Shown here one piece after another: positions 38,342 to 47,542 of a stretch of DNA of 54,544 nucleotides. The first letter of the stretch is position 1; each line of letters opens with the position of its first letter. The notes below the pieces were generated by a model. The model was not told the DNA's origin. It did no database searches and saw nothing but the letters and a program-made list of their open reading frames with translations. The position numbers and the translations under genes are program-made. Location of the stretch: the NCBI GenBank assembly GCA_964503525.1, contig CAZCZY010000034.1:1-54544 (forward strand). Reading direction: 5' to 3'. The DNA is from an uncultured Candidatus Saccharibacteria bacterium. GTDB lineage: Bacteria > Patescibacteriota > JAUYIX01.

Positions 38342-39439
38342 ATGCAAAGCAACGGCGACCAGCAACTACTAAAAAAAATCGCAGATTTACGAAATTCCGG
38401 CAGTTCTGACGAACAAATCATTGAAAGTTTGACTGGCACGGGTTGGGATGCGCGAGACATCGAGCGCATCGTTGTTTTGCCGCGACCGGTCAAGCCGGGC
38501 GCTCCGATTATCAATGTTCGTGGCGTTTCAAAAAAATATAAAAAGGTTACGGCACTGGACGACGTCTCGCTCGAGATCAACGCCAGTGGCGTGACGGCGC
38601 TGCTCGGTCCAAATGGTGCAGGAAAAACTACGCTTGTTCGGATACTGGCTACGCTATTGCCTGTCACCAATGGCAACGTGACCGTCGCTGGCTTGGACCT
38701 GGTGCGCGATGCACAAAAAATACGTGAGCTTATAGGCCTGGCAGGGCAATATGCCGCCGTCGATGAGTATTTAACCGCTCGAGAAAATTTAGAAATGGTG
38801 GCACGCCTCTACCATCTCACATCAGCCGTCGCAAAGACTCGCGCGACAGAATTAATTAAACTATTTGATCTATCTGAAGCTGCCGATCGTACTCTCAAAA
38901 CCTACTCAGGCGGCATGCGACGCCGACTAGACCTCGCCGCAAGCATTGTCGCCCACCCAAAAATACTTTTTCTCGACGAACCCACGACCGGACTCGACCC
39001 GCGCGGCCGCTTTGCGATGTGGAATATTATTCGAGATTTGGTTGATGAGGGCACAACGGTTGTTTTGACGACACAGTATTTAGAAGAGGCGGACCAACTC
39101 GCTGACAAAGTTTTTGTGATTGACCACGGCCGCATCATCGCGCAAGGCACGCCTGACGAACTCAAGCACAAAGTCGGCGGCGACATCTTAGAAATACATC
39201 TCACTCAACATTCTGACGCAGAGCAAGCCGCGGCGCTCATCAAAAAATTTGGTGATGGCGAACCACACGTCGATGCATCGACGGGCATCGTGACAATCGC
39301 GGCATCTGGTGGCGCCGCGGTCCTCGTTAATGTTGTGCGCGAGCTTGACGGCGCAAAACTTAAACTCACCGACGTAATGTTGCGCCGGCCCTCTCTCGAC
39401 GATGTTTTTCTAAAACTAACCGGCCACGAGGCCAAATAG
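38342..39439 (+). CDS. ABC transporter ATP-binding protein (DrrA-like) with ~55-aa N-terminal extension
   Basis: Walker A GPNGAGKTT, signature YSGGMRRRL, Walker B ILFLDEPTTGLD. Extra N-terminal helical segment LLKKIADLRNSGSSDEQIIESLTGTGWDARDIERIV. Confidence 0.93.
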   Translation: MQSNGDQQLLKKIADLRNSGSSDEQIIESLTGTGWDARDIERIVVLPRPVKPGAPIINVRGVSKKYKKVTALDDVSLEINASGVTALLGPNGAGKTTLVRILATLLPVTNGNVTVAGLDLVRDAQKIRELIGLAGQYAAVDEYLTARENLEMVARLYHLTSAVAKTRATELIKLFDLSEAADRTLKTYSGGMRRRLDLAASIVAHPKILFLDEPTTGLDPRGRFAMWNIIRDLVDEGTTVVLTTQYLEEADQLADKVFVIDHGRIIAQGTPDELKHKVGGDILEIHLTQHSDAEQAAALIKKFGDGEPHVDASTGIVTIAASGGAAVLVNVVRELDGAKLKLTDVMLRRPSLDDVFLKLTGHEAK

Positions 39440-39455
39440 TCGCCACCCAAACAAA

Positions 39456-40208
39456 ATGACGATCCTCTCCGACGTTTTAGTAATCACACGCAGAAATCTC
39501 ATACGGTACGTCCGTTTACCGCAGTTAATTGTGTTTACGTTTATTCAGCCGGTGATGTTTGTTCTGCTCTTTGCCTATGTTTTTGGAGGCGCGATAAATA
39601 CCGGTGTTGATTACATCAATTTTTTGCTGCCGGGGATTATGGTGCAGACCATCCTTTTTGGCGCGATGCAAACAGGTGTCGGACTTTCCGAAGATTTGTC
39701 CAAAGGAATGATTGATCGCTTTCGGTCGCTGCCCATGGCTCGGCTCGCCGTTTTAGCGGGACGAACGACCGCCGATCTCCTTAGAAACTTTTTTGTCTTA
39801 ATTGTTATGGTGCTGGTTGGATACTTAATCGGCTTTAGGATTAGCGGCGGTTACCAAGATTTTGCCTTGGCCATGGCTATAACACTCGTTTTTGGTTTTG
39901 CTTTTAGTTGGGTGTCGGCCTCTGTTGGACTTTTTGTTAAAAACCCCGAGACCGCGCAAAGCGCCGGTTTTATTTGGGTTTTCCCGCTCGTTTTTGCGAG
40001 TTCTGTTTTCGTCCCAGTAGAAACCATGAAACCCGCCATCCGTGCATTTGCCGAGCACAATCCCATCACCTACGTTGTTGATGTTGTTAGGGCCCTGTCC
40101 CTTGGAATCCCTCTCGGAAACGAACTCTGGTACGCTTTGGCCTGGATCGCCGGCCTACTCATCGTATTTATTCCGCTGGCGGTGTACCAGTACCGAAAAA
40201 TTTCGTAA
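39456..40208 (+). CDS. ABC-2 type transporter permease
   Basis: 250 aa with about six hydrophobic helices, 16 nt after the ATPase. Typical ABC-2 (DrrB-like) layout. Confidence 0.88.
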   Translation: MTILSDVLVITRRNLIRYVRLPQLIVFTFIQPVMFVLLFAYVFGGAINTGVDYINFLLPGIMVQTILFGAMQTGVGLSEDLSKGMIDRFRSLPMARLAVLAGRTTADLLRNFFVLIVMVLVGYLIGFRISGGYQDFALAMAITLVFGFAFSWVSASVGLFVKNPETAQSAGFIWVFPLVFASSVFVPVETMKPAIRAFAEHNPITYVVDVVRALSLGIPLGNELWYALAWIAGLLIVFIPLAVYQYRKIS

Positions 40209-40280
40209 ACAATAGGCTACTGTGTTCTGGCGGCTGCTGGTTCGTTACAAACTCAAAAAAGAGAGTATGGGAGTCGACAC

Positions 40281-40628
40281 ATGCCGGACATGTACGTGGA
40301 AGCGCTTACTGATTCGTTTGAAGAATGTCTGAGCAGGGAACTGTCGGACTTAGCATCAAGCATGCCCGACCATGAAGATGCTGGTACTATCGATGGACTG
40401 GTTGGGCGAATCGAGCAACACGTTAGCGACAATGCCCCAAGTGCAGACGATGAAAAGCATTCGAGGTACCAGTATTTGACTCGTGTTGCAGGACTCCTCA
40501 AGAAAGATGCCGACGACTTGGCGACGACGACAGACGGTTGCCTGATGGTTGTAGGCAAACGCCTCAATCAAATTGTTGCAACCTGGCGCACAGAGGTCTC
40601 ATTGCTGGCGCAAGATCTCGGTTTGTAG
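40281..40628 (+). CDS. hypothetical acidic protein (115 aa)
   Basis: GGGAG SD upstream of ATG 40281. Terminator follows at 40659-40690. No recognisable domain. Confidence 0.55.
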   Translation: MPDMYVEALTDSFEECLSRELSDLASSMPDHEDAGTIDGLVGRIEQHVSDNAPSADDEKHSRYQYLTRVAGLLKKDADDLATTTDGCLMVVGKRLNQIVATWRTEVSLLAQDLGL

Positions 40629-40658
40629 AAATAGGCGATCAAAAAACGAACGTCTACA

Positions 40659-40690
40659 AATCCGCTCTAAAGAATAGGGCGGATTTTTCT
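40659..40690 (+). terminator. rho-independent terminator
   Basis: AATCCGCTCTA-aagaa-TAGGGCGGATT followed by TTTT. Confidence 0.7.
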
Positions 40691-40790
40691 TGAGAAGTAT
40701 TTGCTGGTACTAGAACGAACACCGTAACTAAACGAAACTAATTGTTGTTGTCAGAGTATTACTCGATATTAACCCGTAAACTCTACTCAT

Positions 40791-41285
40791 ATGATTTTCA
40801 CAAAAATATTACTTGGAGCGCTTGGTGCAGTCGTTGTTGCAGGTGGTCTCGCCTTTGCCGGTGAGACTAATGCACAAGGCGATCAAAGTTCCGCACCCAT
40901 AGCGCCCATTAACCAAAATTTCCAAACCGGCCAGATCGGCGACGGCGAGATCGGTCAAGAACAAAAGCATCGAGGCCCAAAGAAAAATCGCAAGCACAAG
41001 AAAAACCGGCGCAATCGTAAAGATCATCCTAAGTTAACTGCCGAGCAACGTGCGGCATTACAACAAGCGACCGAACAAAGTAATTACGAAGCCTGGAAAA
41101 AAATACTTGGCGATGCACCGATCACAAAGAAAATCACCGCTGAGAATTTTCCAACGTTTGTAGAGGCCATGAAGTTGTTTAAGAACGGCGATAAAGAAGC
41201 AGCTCAAAAAATATTTAAGGAACTTGGCGTCAAACCGCCGTTACATAAAGTGCCTCGCACAGCACCTCAGCTTCCTCAGCAATAA
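40791..41285 (+). CDS. secreted hypothetical protein with a highly basic segment (164 aa)
   Basis: Signal peptide ILLGALGAVVVAGGLAFAGETNA. HRGPKKNRKHKKNRRNRKDH basic run. Helical C-terminal half. Confidence 0.6.
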   Translation: MIFTKILLGALGAVVVAGGLAFAGETNAQGDQSSAPIAPINQNFQTGQIGDGEIGQEQKHRGPKKNRKHKKNRRNRKDHPKLTAEQRAALQQATEQSNYEAWKKILGDAPITKKITAENFPTFVEAMKLFKNGDKEAAQKIFKELGVKPPLHKVPRTAPQLPQQ

Positions 41286-41301
41286 TTGAGGAGACCGAAA
41301 G

Positions 41302-41336
41302 AAGCAGATGAGCCGATAAAGCCATCTGCTTTTTTG
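41302..41336 (+). terminator. rho-independent terminator
   Basis: AAGCAGATG-agccgataaagc-CATCTGCTT followed by TTTTT. Confidence 0.75.
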
Positions 41337-41359
41337 TTTGCGCTATACTATTCGTACCG

Positions 41360-41791
41360 ATGACAACGATTGACTCACCAAAAAAAATAGAAAAGCCACT
41401 GGACGAGTGGCGCAAACAATTGACGCCGGAGCAATTTCGCGTGACGAGGCAGAAGGGGACCGAAGCACCATTTACGGGCCAATACCACGATACAAAAACT
41501 CCTGGCATGTACGTTTGTGTGTGTTGTGGTTCGCCGCTCTTTGATTCGAAGACAAAATTTGAATCAGGCACGGGTTGGCCCAGTTTTTACGAGCCGATCG
41601 CACAAAAGAGCGTTGCGACAGAGCAAGACACTTCTTTAGGTGTGGCTCGAACAGAAGTCATGTGCCAACGTTGTGAAGCTCATCTTGGCCATGTGTTCTC
41701 TGATGCACCGCAGCAACCTACGGGATTACGTTTTTGCATCAATTCTGCCGCGCTCAAATTGATGCCGGACAAGTCAGCTGCGGAAAAATAG
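41360..41791 (+). CDS. msrB: peptide-methionine (R)-S-oxide reductase MsrB
   Basis: Zinc-binding CxxC pairs ([21 protein letters not shown]), GTGWPSF, and the catalytic RFCINS. Confidence 0.95.
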   Translation: MTTIDSPKKIEKPLDEWRKQLTPEQFRVTRQKGTEAPFTGQYHDTKTPGMYVCVCCGSPLFDSKTKFESGTGWPSFYEPIAQKSVATEQDTSLGVARTEVMCQRCEAHLGHVFSDAPQQPTGLRFCINSAALKLMPDKSAAEK

Positions 41792-41823
41792 ACAAAAAAA
41801 TATTCTGGTCTATACTCGGCGGC

Positions 41824-43086
41824 ATGAATCACCAATCCATTTCTCGCTTATTTTCGCTTAGTCTAGCGGCAATTTTAGTCGCCGTTCCGTTGGTTGCACC
41901 GCGTCTTGCTTTGGGACAGCTGCAAACGGCACCAGCTAACCAAGCGAGTCAAGTCAACCAACCTGAAAGATTTCTCAGTGGCGAGTCTGTAACGGTAAGT
42001 GAACCCATCAACGATGATGCCTATGTGACGGGAGGCCAGGTCATGATAACCAAAGATATTGGTCAAGATTTGATCGTTTTTGGTGGTTCGCTCCAGGTGA
42101 CCGGCAACACAAAGCAGGATTTGATAGCTGCGGGTGGCAACATCTCCGTGAACGGTTCAGTTGGCGACGATGTACGGATTGGCGGCGGCACTATCGTAAT
42201 CGCGGGCAATGTTGGCGACGAACTCATGGCAGCGGGCGGCACCATTGATATTGGACCAGACGCAACGGTGTCGGGAGACGCAATACTGGGTGGCGGCGCG
42301 ATCACAATTAACGGCAACATTAACGGCAATGCGAAAATTGCTGGTGGCGAAGTGATCGTAAATGGTGAGGTCAAAAATGGCGCCGAGATTAGAGCAGACA
42401 AAATCACCGTCAACGGAACGATTCAAGGCGGTGCTACTCTTGTTGCTAAAGAAATCGTGCTCGGTGCCGATTCTGCATTTGTCGGGGATGTTCGCTACTG
42501 GAATAAAACGGGCGCACTCGACATTGCGACGCATGTAACAGGTGGCACGGCAACGTTTGATGTAACGTTGCAGCCGCGAGATGGTGAACCGAGTTTTGCG
42601 GCGTCTGTCGCGACAATAGCCATCGCACTTTTGTGGGCCTTGGCGTCCTCAGCGCTAATTTTGCTACTGCTGGTAATATTCTTGCGGGGTTTCTTTGTGC
42701 AGGTTGAGGAGCGCGCAGTAAAAAACTTTTGGAAAGATCTTGGGATTGGGATTGGATTTTTGCTCATCGTACCAATGGCGGCCATTATTTTATGTGTGAC
42801 CCTGGTAGGCATTCCGATCGGTTTGATGCTGCTCGCTGGGTACATCGCGACTCTCTACCTCGCCGAAATATTTGCATCAATTGTGATCGCACTTTGGTGG
42901 GCAAACCGCCGCAAAGCCAAATGGTCCAAGGTCGTGCTGTTTTTTGTCAGCCTTGGTGTTTTGATTGTGCTTAATCTGGTTCAGTTGATTCCGATCGCAG
43001 GATGGCTTGCCACGGGACTCGTGATCTTTGCAGTCATTGGCTCCTCGGTCGCCGTTAAGTGGAAAATTTTACGGCAATACATGTAG
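41824..43086 (+). CDS. membrane protein with bactofilin-like/polymer-forming beta-helix repeats and C-terminal TM bundle
   Basis: ATG 41824 gives a signal-like N-terminus (LSLAAILVAVPLVAPRLALG). About 300 aa of degenerate Gly/Val/Ile repeats follow (GGSLQVTGN, GGNISVNGSVGDD, GGTIVIAGNVGDE, GGAITINGNINGN, GGEVIVNGEV), then four hydrophobic helices. Confidence 0.75.
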   Translation: MNHQSISRLFSLSLAAILVAVPLVAPRLALGQLQTAPANQASQVNQPERFLSGESVTVSEPINDDAYVTGGQVMITKDIGQDLIVFGGSLQVTGNTKQDLIAAGGNISVNGSVGDDVRIGGGTIVIAGNVGDELMAAGGTIDIGPDATVSGDAILGGGAITINGNINGNAKIAGGEVIVNGEVKNGAEIRADKITVNGTIQGGATLVAKEIVLGADSAFVGDVRYWNKTGALDIATHVTGGTATFDVTLQPRDGEPSFAASVATIAIALLWALASSALILLLLVIFLRGFFVQVEERAVKNFWKDLGIGIGFLLIVPMAAIILCVTLVGIPIGLMLLAGYIATLYLAEIFASIVIALWWANRRKAKWSKVVLFFVSLGVLIVLNLVQLIPIAGWLATGLVIFAVIGSSVAVKWKILRQYM

Positions 43087-43129
43087 AATACAAGTATGCC
43101 AAAGGAGACTGTATGACAAAGGAGCCAGC

Positions 43130-43390
43130 ATGACACAGGAGCTTATACATGAGTTTGTGTTGTGGAGCGGTCGTTCTGCCGCTATATTGCTGGTGCTCAA
43201 CTTCACCACCTGCTTTGTCATGCCTTGGGCGCGCAATCGTTTACCGTGGCGCGGAAGCCGTCCTGGCCGCGATAAACGTGATAAATTTGGCAGTTTTCAG
43301 TTTACCGCAGTGCATCGCCTCTTTGCCTGGGCGGCGATTATCATGGTCATGGCGCATATAGTCCTCTCGATTTTGGCCAAAAAACTCTAG
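43130..43390 (+). CDS. small membrane protein (86 aa)
   Basis: AAGGAG SD before ATG 43130 (inner start of ORF 43028..43390). Two TM helices. The HRLFAWAAIIMVMAHIVLSI segment is reminiscent of cytochrome-b-like/DUF4405 helices (weak). Confidence 0.55.
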   Translation: MTQELIHEFVLWSGRSAAILLVLNFTTCFVMPWARNRLPWRGSRPGRDKRDKFGSFQFTAVHRLFAWAAIIMVMAHIVLSILAKKL

Positions 43391-43413
43391 CAAACGTAAA
43401 AAGTCTCGTTCCC

Positions 43414-43869
43414 ATGGAAATATTTGGCACACAATTTTACGGTATCTTGACGGTTTTCCACTCGCTGGCTGCTTTGGCGCTTGTGATTTCACTGATCATG
43501 GGCACTGCATTTACTTTTTTTGTCTCGGAGCAAAACTGGAAGCATATTCGTGTGACCGGTGCGGTCGTGTCTATTAGCTATCTTGTTACGTTCCTTTTTG
43601 GCTGGGCGGCATATCCATTATGGCGAGTAAATGTTCGGGCCAAATTATTTGATACAGACTTACCCATAGGCACAGCACTTTTTGAAATCAAAGAACATTT
43701 GGCGGCGCTTGGTGCGTTTGCCGCAATTGTTTTGTTGATCCTGTGCTTTACCAAAATGGCGCAAGCCCCCTCGACGAGAAAAACATTATACGGCGGGGTT
43801 TTTGCTATCGTGACAATTCTAGCGACGACCGTGATGTTACTTGGCTTTGCTTTTAGCAGTTTGTATTAA
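43414..43869 (+). CDS. hypothetical 4-TM membrane protein (151 aa)
   Basis: Four clear hydrophobic helices. Tightly spaced with its neighbours. Confidence 0.6.
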   Translation: MEIFGTQFYGILTVFHSLAALALVISLIMGTAFTFFVSEQNWKHIRVTGAVVSISYLVTFLFGWAAYPLWRVNVRAKLFDTDLPIGTALFEIKEHLAALGAFAAIVLLILCFTKMAQAPSTRKTLYGGVFAIVTILATTVMLLGFAFSSLY

Positions 43870-43873
43870 TCCC

Positions 43874-44413
43874 ATGGACGAACCACTGACAACAACCACA
43901 CCAAAGAAAAATCAGCGCGATTACGTCAGTCAAACACTCGCCGTTTTTTTGTCCGCGACGAGTTTTTGTTACATCGCGATTGATTTAGCCGGTGTTAATG
44001 TGCCGCGCTATTATCCATTATTGCGTGAGTTTTCTATTGAGCCCATCGCGGACCAAATCTCAATGGGATTTTATGGACGAGTTGTTGTTGCGCTTGTCGC
44101 GGGAATTATTCTAACCGGGCTACATTCAATTTTCTTGCCACTCTTTAATCGGCTTGGAATGCTCCGACACCCCTTTGCTTATGGGCTCACAACTGCAACC
44201 ATTTGGTTTTCTGCCACCATCATCGTCTTAGAAGAGTGGCACAACTGGGGCATTGTTAAAAGAAAACTTGAAGGTGGGGGCATGTTTAATGCAGAGTTTG
44301 GATTATTTTTGCTTGGAATCGTGGGGCTGGTTGCCGGAATTTTATTAACCGCGGCAGCTCTGCGTCGCTCAGTCGTATTGAGTTCGCCAAAAAAATCGAA
44401 TGGACCCACATGA
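43874..44413 (+). CDS. hypothetical polytopic membrane protein (179 aa)
   Basis: ATG 43874 lies 4 nt after the upstream stop. Four to five hydrophobic helices. Confidence 0.6.
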   Translation: MDEPLTTTTPKKNQRDYVSQTLAVFLSATSFCYIAIDLAGVNVPRYYPLLREFSIEPIADQISMGFYGRVVVALVAGIILTGLHSIFLPLFNRLGMLRHPFAYGLTTATIWFSATIIVLEEWHNWGIVKRKLEGGGMFNAEFGLFLLGIVGLVAGILLTAAALRRSVVLSSPKKSNGPT

Positions 44414-44541
44414 GTCAAATCCAATGCGGAACCTCGGGCTGTTGTCGTGAGGCGCAGACCAGTCGAACAGAAAAAAATCTGGGGTTATTGGCGGGTATTA
44501 TCGTCGTGGTCCTAGTAGTAATCTCGATCGCCACGGGCTAG
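44410..44541 (+). CDS. candidate Cys-rich tail-anchored microprotein (43 aa)
   Basis: Not in the ORF track (<60 aa). ATGA overlap with the upstream stop. MSQIQCGTSGCCREAQTSRTEKNLGLLAGIIVVVLVVISIATG. Confidence 0.4.
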   Translation: MSQIQCGTSGCCREAQTSRTEKNLGLLAGIIVVVLVVISIATG

Positions 44542-44655
44542 CAGGCCCATTCTAGGCCCAGTCAACGGCTTCCGGCGCATTGACCCATAAACCAGCCACC
44601 CGGCGGGTTGACATAAGCGTAATATGTGATACAAACATCACTCTGATTTGACCTT

Positions 44656-46311
44656 ATGCCTGCTACAACAACAACAAAAACAAGTCTCTCTATGCCGCTC
44701 GTCGTCGCAGCACAAAAATCAAGCCGCGTCCTTACTGACGCGTCGGTCGAGTTTATTTCTTTTGTCGCGGCCCATACACAAAAAAAGCAGCTCGCTGACG
44801 AAATTCCGCGTGTTCATACCAGCAGCTTGTCGAGCTCACTCGCAACGGTTTATGAACAGGTCCGCAACACCGTTGACCGTACCGAACAACACCTCCTACG
44901 CCGAAACGCAATTTACCGTTTTCTAAAACGGTACATTATGGTGTATGGCCGGCGAGATAAATTGGCCAGCCTCCTGGTCAATGAGTTGGTTCGCTCCGGG
45001 TATGTGCCAAACAATTCCTTTCCAGAACATGATGTCCCACGCTTAGACGAAATCATCCAAAAGTACGTGCTCGTCATCGATCACCTCCGAACGACCGTAC
45101 CTGAGGAAAAAAATCGCGATCACGATCGTTGGGGCCTGGGACTTGCTGCCGCGGAGATCGAACAATTTTTATACAATCCAGAACGTGAGTTGGCACTTGT
45201 GCACTTTGCCTTTGAGGATCTCAAAAAGCGTATTCAGTGGGAGGATGATGGGGTAAGCGCCGAGGAGCGCGACATGCAATTATATTTGGCGATCCATCGA
45301 GCAGTATTCCGCTCGGATGCACTCCTGATCGAGTATCATTTGCTTTCCTCGTATTATCCGCAATGGTCCTCGCCGACTGCCGACCCGCAAGAAATTTCTA
45401 AACATGCCGCACAATATCGGGCAGTTGTTCGTGCACAAATAAATCATCCAAAGGCGGCCCGTTTGGCACAACAGGTCAAACGAATGTTGTTGCCGTACCG
45501 CACGTTATTTGATGTAACCATGCTACATCCAGAAGACGCTCTTGACCGTGTTGAAAATCTCGAGTCATTTTTGGCAGACTCGCAAAAAGTTATCCAAAAT
45601 TACTATCAGCGTAATAAGCGAGCAATTCGGAAAAGTGCTTTTAGAAGTATATTGTTTATTTTAATCACCAAAATGTCGCTCGCGTTGGCATTAGAAGTTC
45701 CGTACGACCTGGCGACCGTTGAACATATTCGGTATATCCCACTTGCTATCAACATTGTCCTGCCTCCGTTGTTTTTGTTTGTGCTGGCTACATTTGTACG
45801 CTTTCCAGAAAAAGAAAATACGCAGCGCATTTTATTGGATTTACGAACAACGGTGCTCCGCGACAAAAAATCACCTATCTATTACATCCGTCTCAATACT
45901 GAACGCTCGCCGGTGACAAACATCGTCCTGTTGGGTCTCTATCTTTTAACCTTTGTAGTCACGTTTGGCGGACTGATGTATCTGCTGCGCGAGTTTAACT
46001 TTGGGCTTCTGGGTGGCGTCCTCTTCTTATTTTTCATTACGCTGGTCACCTTTGTAGGGATTAGATTACGGGCTCGTGCGCATACCTATTTTATGGTGCG
46101 TCGTAAGGAATCATTTCTGGGGTCACTCTTTTGGTTTTTTTCAAATCCCATGGTTGAAGTTGGTCGCTGGCTCTCCCAAAAATTTGTTCGCTACAATTTA
46201 TTTTTGTTCTTGTTTGATATTATTTTAGAAGCACCATTTAAGGCCATCACGCATGGCCTTGAGGAATGGTTCCGTTTTGCGCGCGAACGCAGCGATGAGA
46301 TTACCGACTAA
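44656..46311 (+). CDS. hypothetical membrane protein (551 aa)
   Basis: Soluble helical N-terminal ~320 aa, then four or more TM helices (ILFILITKMSLALAL, IPLAINIVLPPLFLFVLATFV, IVLLGLYLLTFVVTFGGLMYLL, VLFLFFITLVTFVGI). No family assigned. Confidence 0.75.
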   Translation: MPATTTTKTSLSMPLVVAAQKSSRVLTDASVEFISFVAAHTQKKQLADEIPRVHTSSLSSSLATVYEQVRNTVDRTEQHLLRRNAIYRFLKRYIMVYGRRDKLASLLVNELVRSGYVPNNSFPEHDVPRLDEIIQKYVLVIDHLRTTVPEEKNRDHDRWGLGLAAAEIEQFLYNPERELALVHFAFEDLKKRIQWEDDGVSAEERDMQLYLAIHRAVFRSDALLIEYHLLSSYYPQWSSPTADPQEISKHAAQYRAVVRAQINHPKAARLAQQVKRMLLPYRTLFDVTMLHPEDALDRVENLESFLADSQKVIQNYYQRNKRAIRKSAFRSILFILITKMSLALALEVPYDLATVEHIRYIPLAINIVLPPLFLFVLATFVRFPEKENTQRILLDLRTTVLRDKKSPIYYIRLNTERSPVTNIVLLGLYLLTFVVTFGGLMYLLREFNFGLLGGVLFLFFITLVTFVGIRLRARAHTYFMVRRKESFLGSLFWFFSNPMVEVGRWLSQKFVRYNLFLFLFDIILEAPFKAITHGLEEWFRFARERSDEITD

Positions 46312-46409
46312 ACCGTTTAGAATTTTTGATCTCGGCAGCCGTGCTATAGTTATTGCATGATCTAGCAGCAATTTTGTTCGACGCGTTTTATCCGTTTAAC
46401 AAAATTGCC

Positions 46410-46760
46410 ATGGATACTATTTTTGTTCGCGACTTGGTCCTATCAGGATTACATGGCGCGAACCCACCAGAGAAAAAACATTATCAGCGCTTTAAAGTCG
46501 ATGTGCGACTCGACGTCGACACGCGTGTTGCTGCAAGAGCAGAAACGCTTAGCGCTGCCATAGATTACCGCCATGTACGCGATGTCGTGACGAGTGTGAT
46601 TGAGGGACCACATCATAAATTAATTGAGACGTTGGCCGAACTAATTGCCACGCAACTTTTAGGGGACAAGCGCATCGCGTCGCTCGAGGTATCAATAGCT
46701 AAACTGGATGTGTGGCCCAACGGTGTTCCCGGAGTAGTTGTTCGGCGCAAGAATTCTTGA
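46410..46760 (+). CDS. folB: dihydroneopterin aldolase
   Basis: MDTIFVRDLVLSGLHGANPPEKKHYQRFKVDVRLDVD ... IDYRHV ... LIETLAELIA fits the FolB pattern. ATG 46410 is the inner start of ORF 46353..46760. Confidence 0.85.
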   Translation: MDTIFVRDLVLSGLHGANPPEKKHYQRFKVDVRLDVDTRVAARAETLSAAIDYRHVRDVVTSVIEGPHHKLIETLAELIATQLLGDKRIASLEVSIAKLDVWPNGVPGVVVRRKNS

Positions 46761-46786
46761 CGGCACTGCAATAGCAGTAGTTTGCG

Positions 46787-46816
46787 AAAAAAAAAGACCG
46801 GCCTTATGGGTCGGTC
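46787..46816 (-). terminator. rho-independent terminator (minus strand)
   Basis: Minus strand reads GACCGACCC-ataag-GCCGGTC followed by TTTTTTTTT. Confidence 0.7.
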
Positions 46817-47432
46817 ATTGGTCGGTCCCTACGGATTGATCTTGTTGGTGGCAGAACACTGCGACGATTCGTTCTCCTTGAATGTTCTCCACACAATGGA
46901 ACGGTCGAAATTCTGAGCTGCGAAATCCGGGTGCCCGTAATAAGATTACGTGTCCTGCTTGCACGGGGAGTTCACGCTGGTTTGTCCGATCGCGATCATC
47001 GCAGATGCAAAAGCGCGCGTGCCCGGTTAAAACGACAATGCAAATCACATTTCGAAAACGCAACGAGTCGCGATGCGGTGCGATCCCATCCGTTGCATGC
47101 GGATACCGCTGTAGTCGAATCTGGTTGAGCATAAAGGGCCGCTCAAACGGATCCCGTCCAAACGATGCCGCGCATTCTTGCAACCAATCTTGCAGTTCGT
47201 CGCGCAACGTATGCAACATGCTATTTTTGCGAAACTTGATCACCGACGACACGGTCTGTTTAGTTCGGTATGGCCCATACTCTGGCGCCTGTTCTTGATA
47301 GTCGTAGCTTTCTGCCTCCAGTAGTAAAAGCGAACGAATCTCCGGGCGAAGGATCGGCACGGTAAGGGCCTTTTCCTCAGTTAAGCGCGCAATAAGTGCT
47401 CCCGAGCTAATCGCAGGCTCGATCAACTTCAT
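46815..47432 (-). CDS. 2OG-Fe(II) oxygenase-like protein
   Basis: HxD ... H facial-triad candidates (IAPHRDSL ... AGHVILLRA) in a beta-rich context. Confidence 0.6.
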   Translation of the reverse strand: MKLIEPAISSGALIARLTEEKALTVPILRPEIRSLLLLEAESYDYQEQAPEYGPYRTKQTVSSVIKFRKNSMLHTLRDELQDWLQECAASFGRDPFERPFMLNQIRLQRYPHATDGIAPHRDSLRFRNVICIVVLTGHARFCICDDRDRTNQRELPVQAGHVILLRAPGFRSSEFRPFHCVENIQGERIVAVFCHQQDQSVGTDQ

Positions 47433-47527
47433 ACGGTCACCTCCTGCCTTTAGCGATATAAAAGGGCGATGTACAAGGAACGGGCCAAAACGCTAGGAAT
47501 AGACATACTACCCCATGTAGCGAGATT

Positions 47528-47536
47528 TGCTATACT
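47528..47536 (+). promoter_or_regulatory. extended -10 promoter (TGcTATACT)
   Basis: TGCTATACT-tttgtt-ATG(47543): 6-nt gap and no SD. Same geometry as 34476-34484. Confidence 0.5.
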
Positions 47537-47542
47537 TTTGTT

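Noticed and set aside
41734-41823. Upstream start (41734) for the beta-helix membrane protein
   Set aside because: It would overlap msrB by 58 nt and add a non-hydrophobic, Cys-containing leader. ATG 41824 yields a proper signal-like N-terminus just after the msrB stop.
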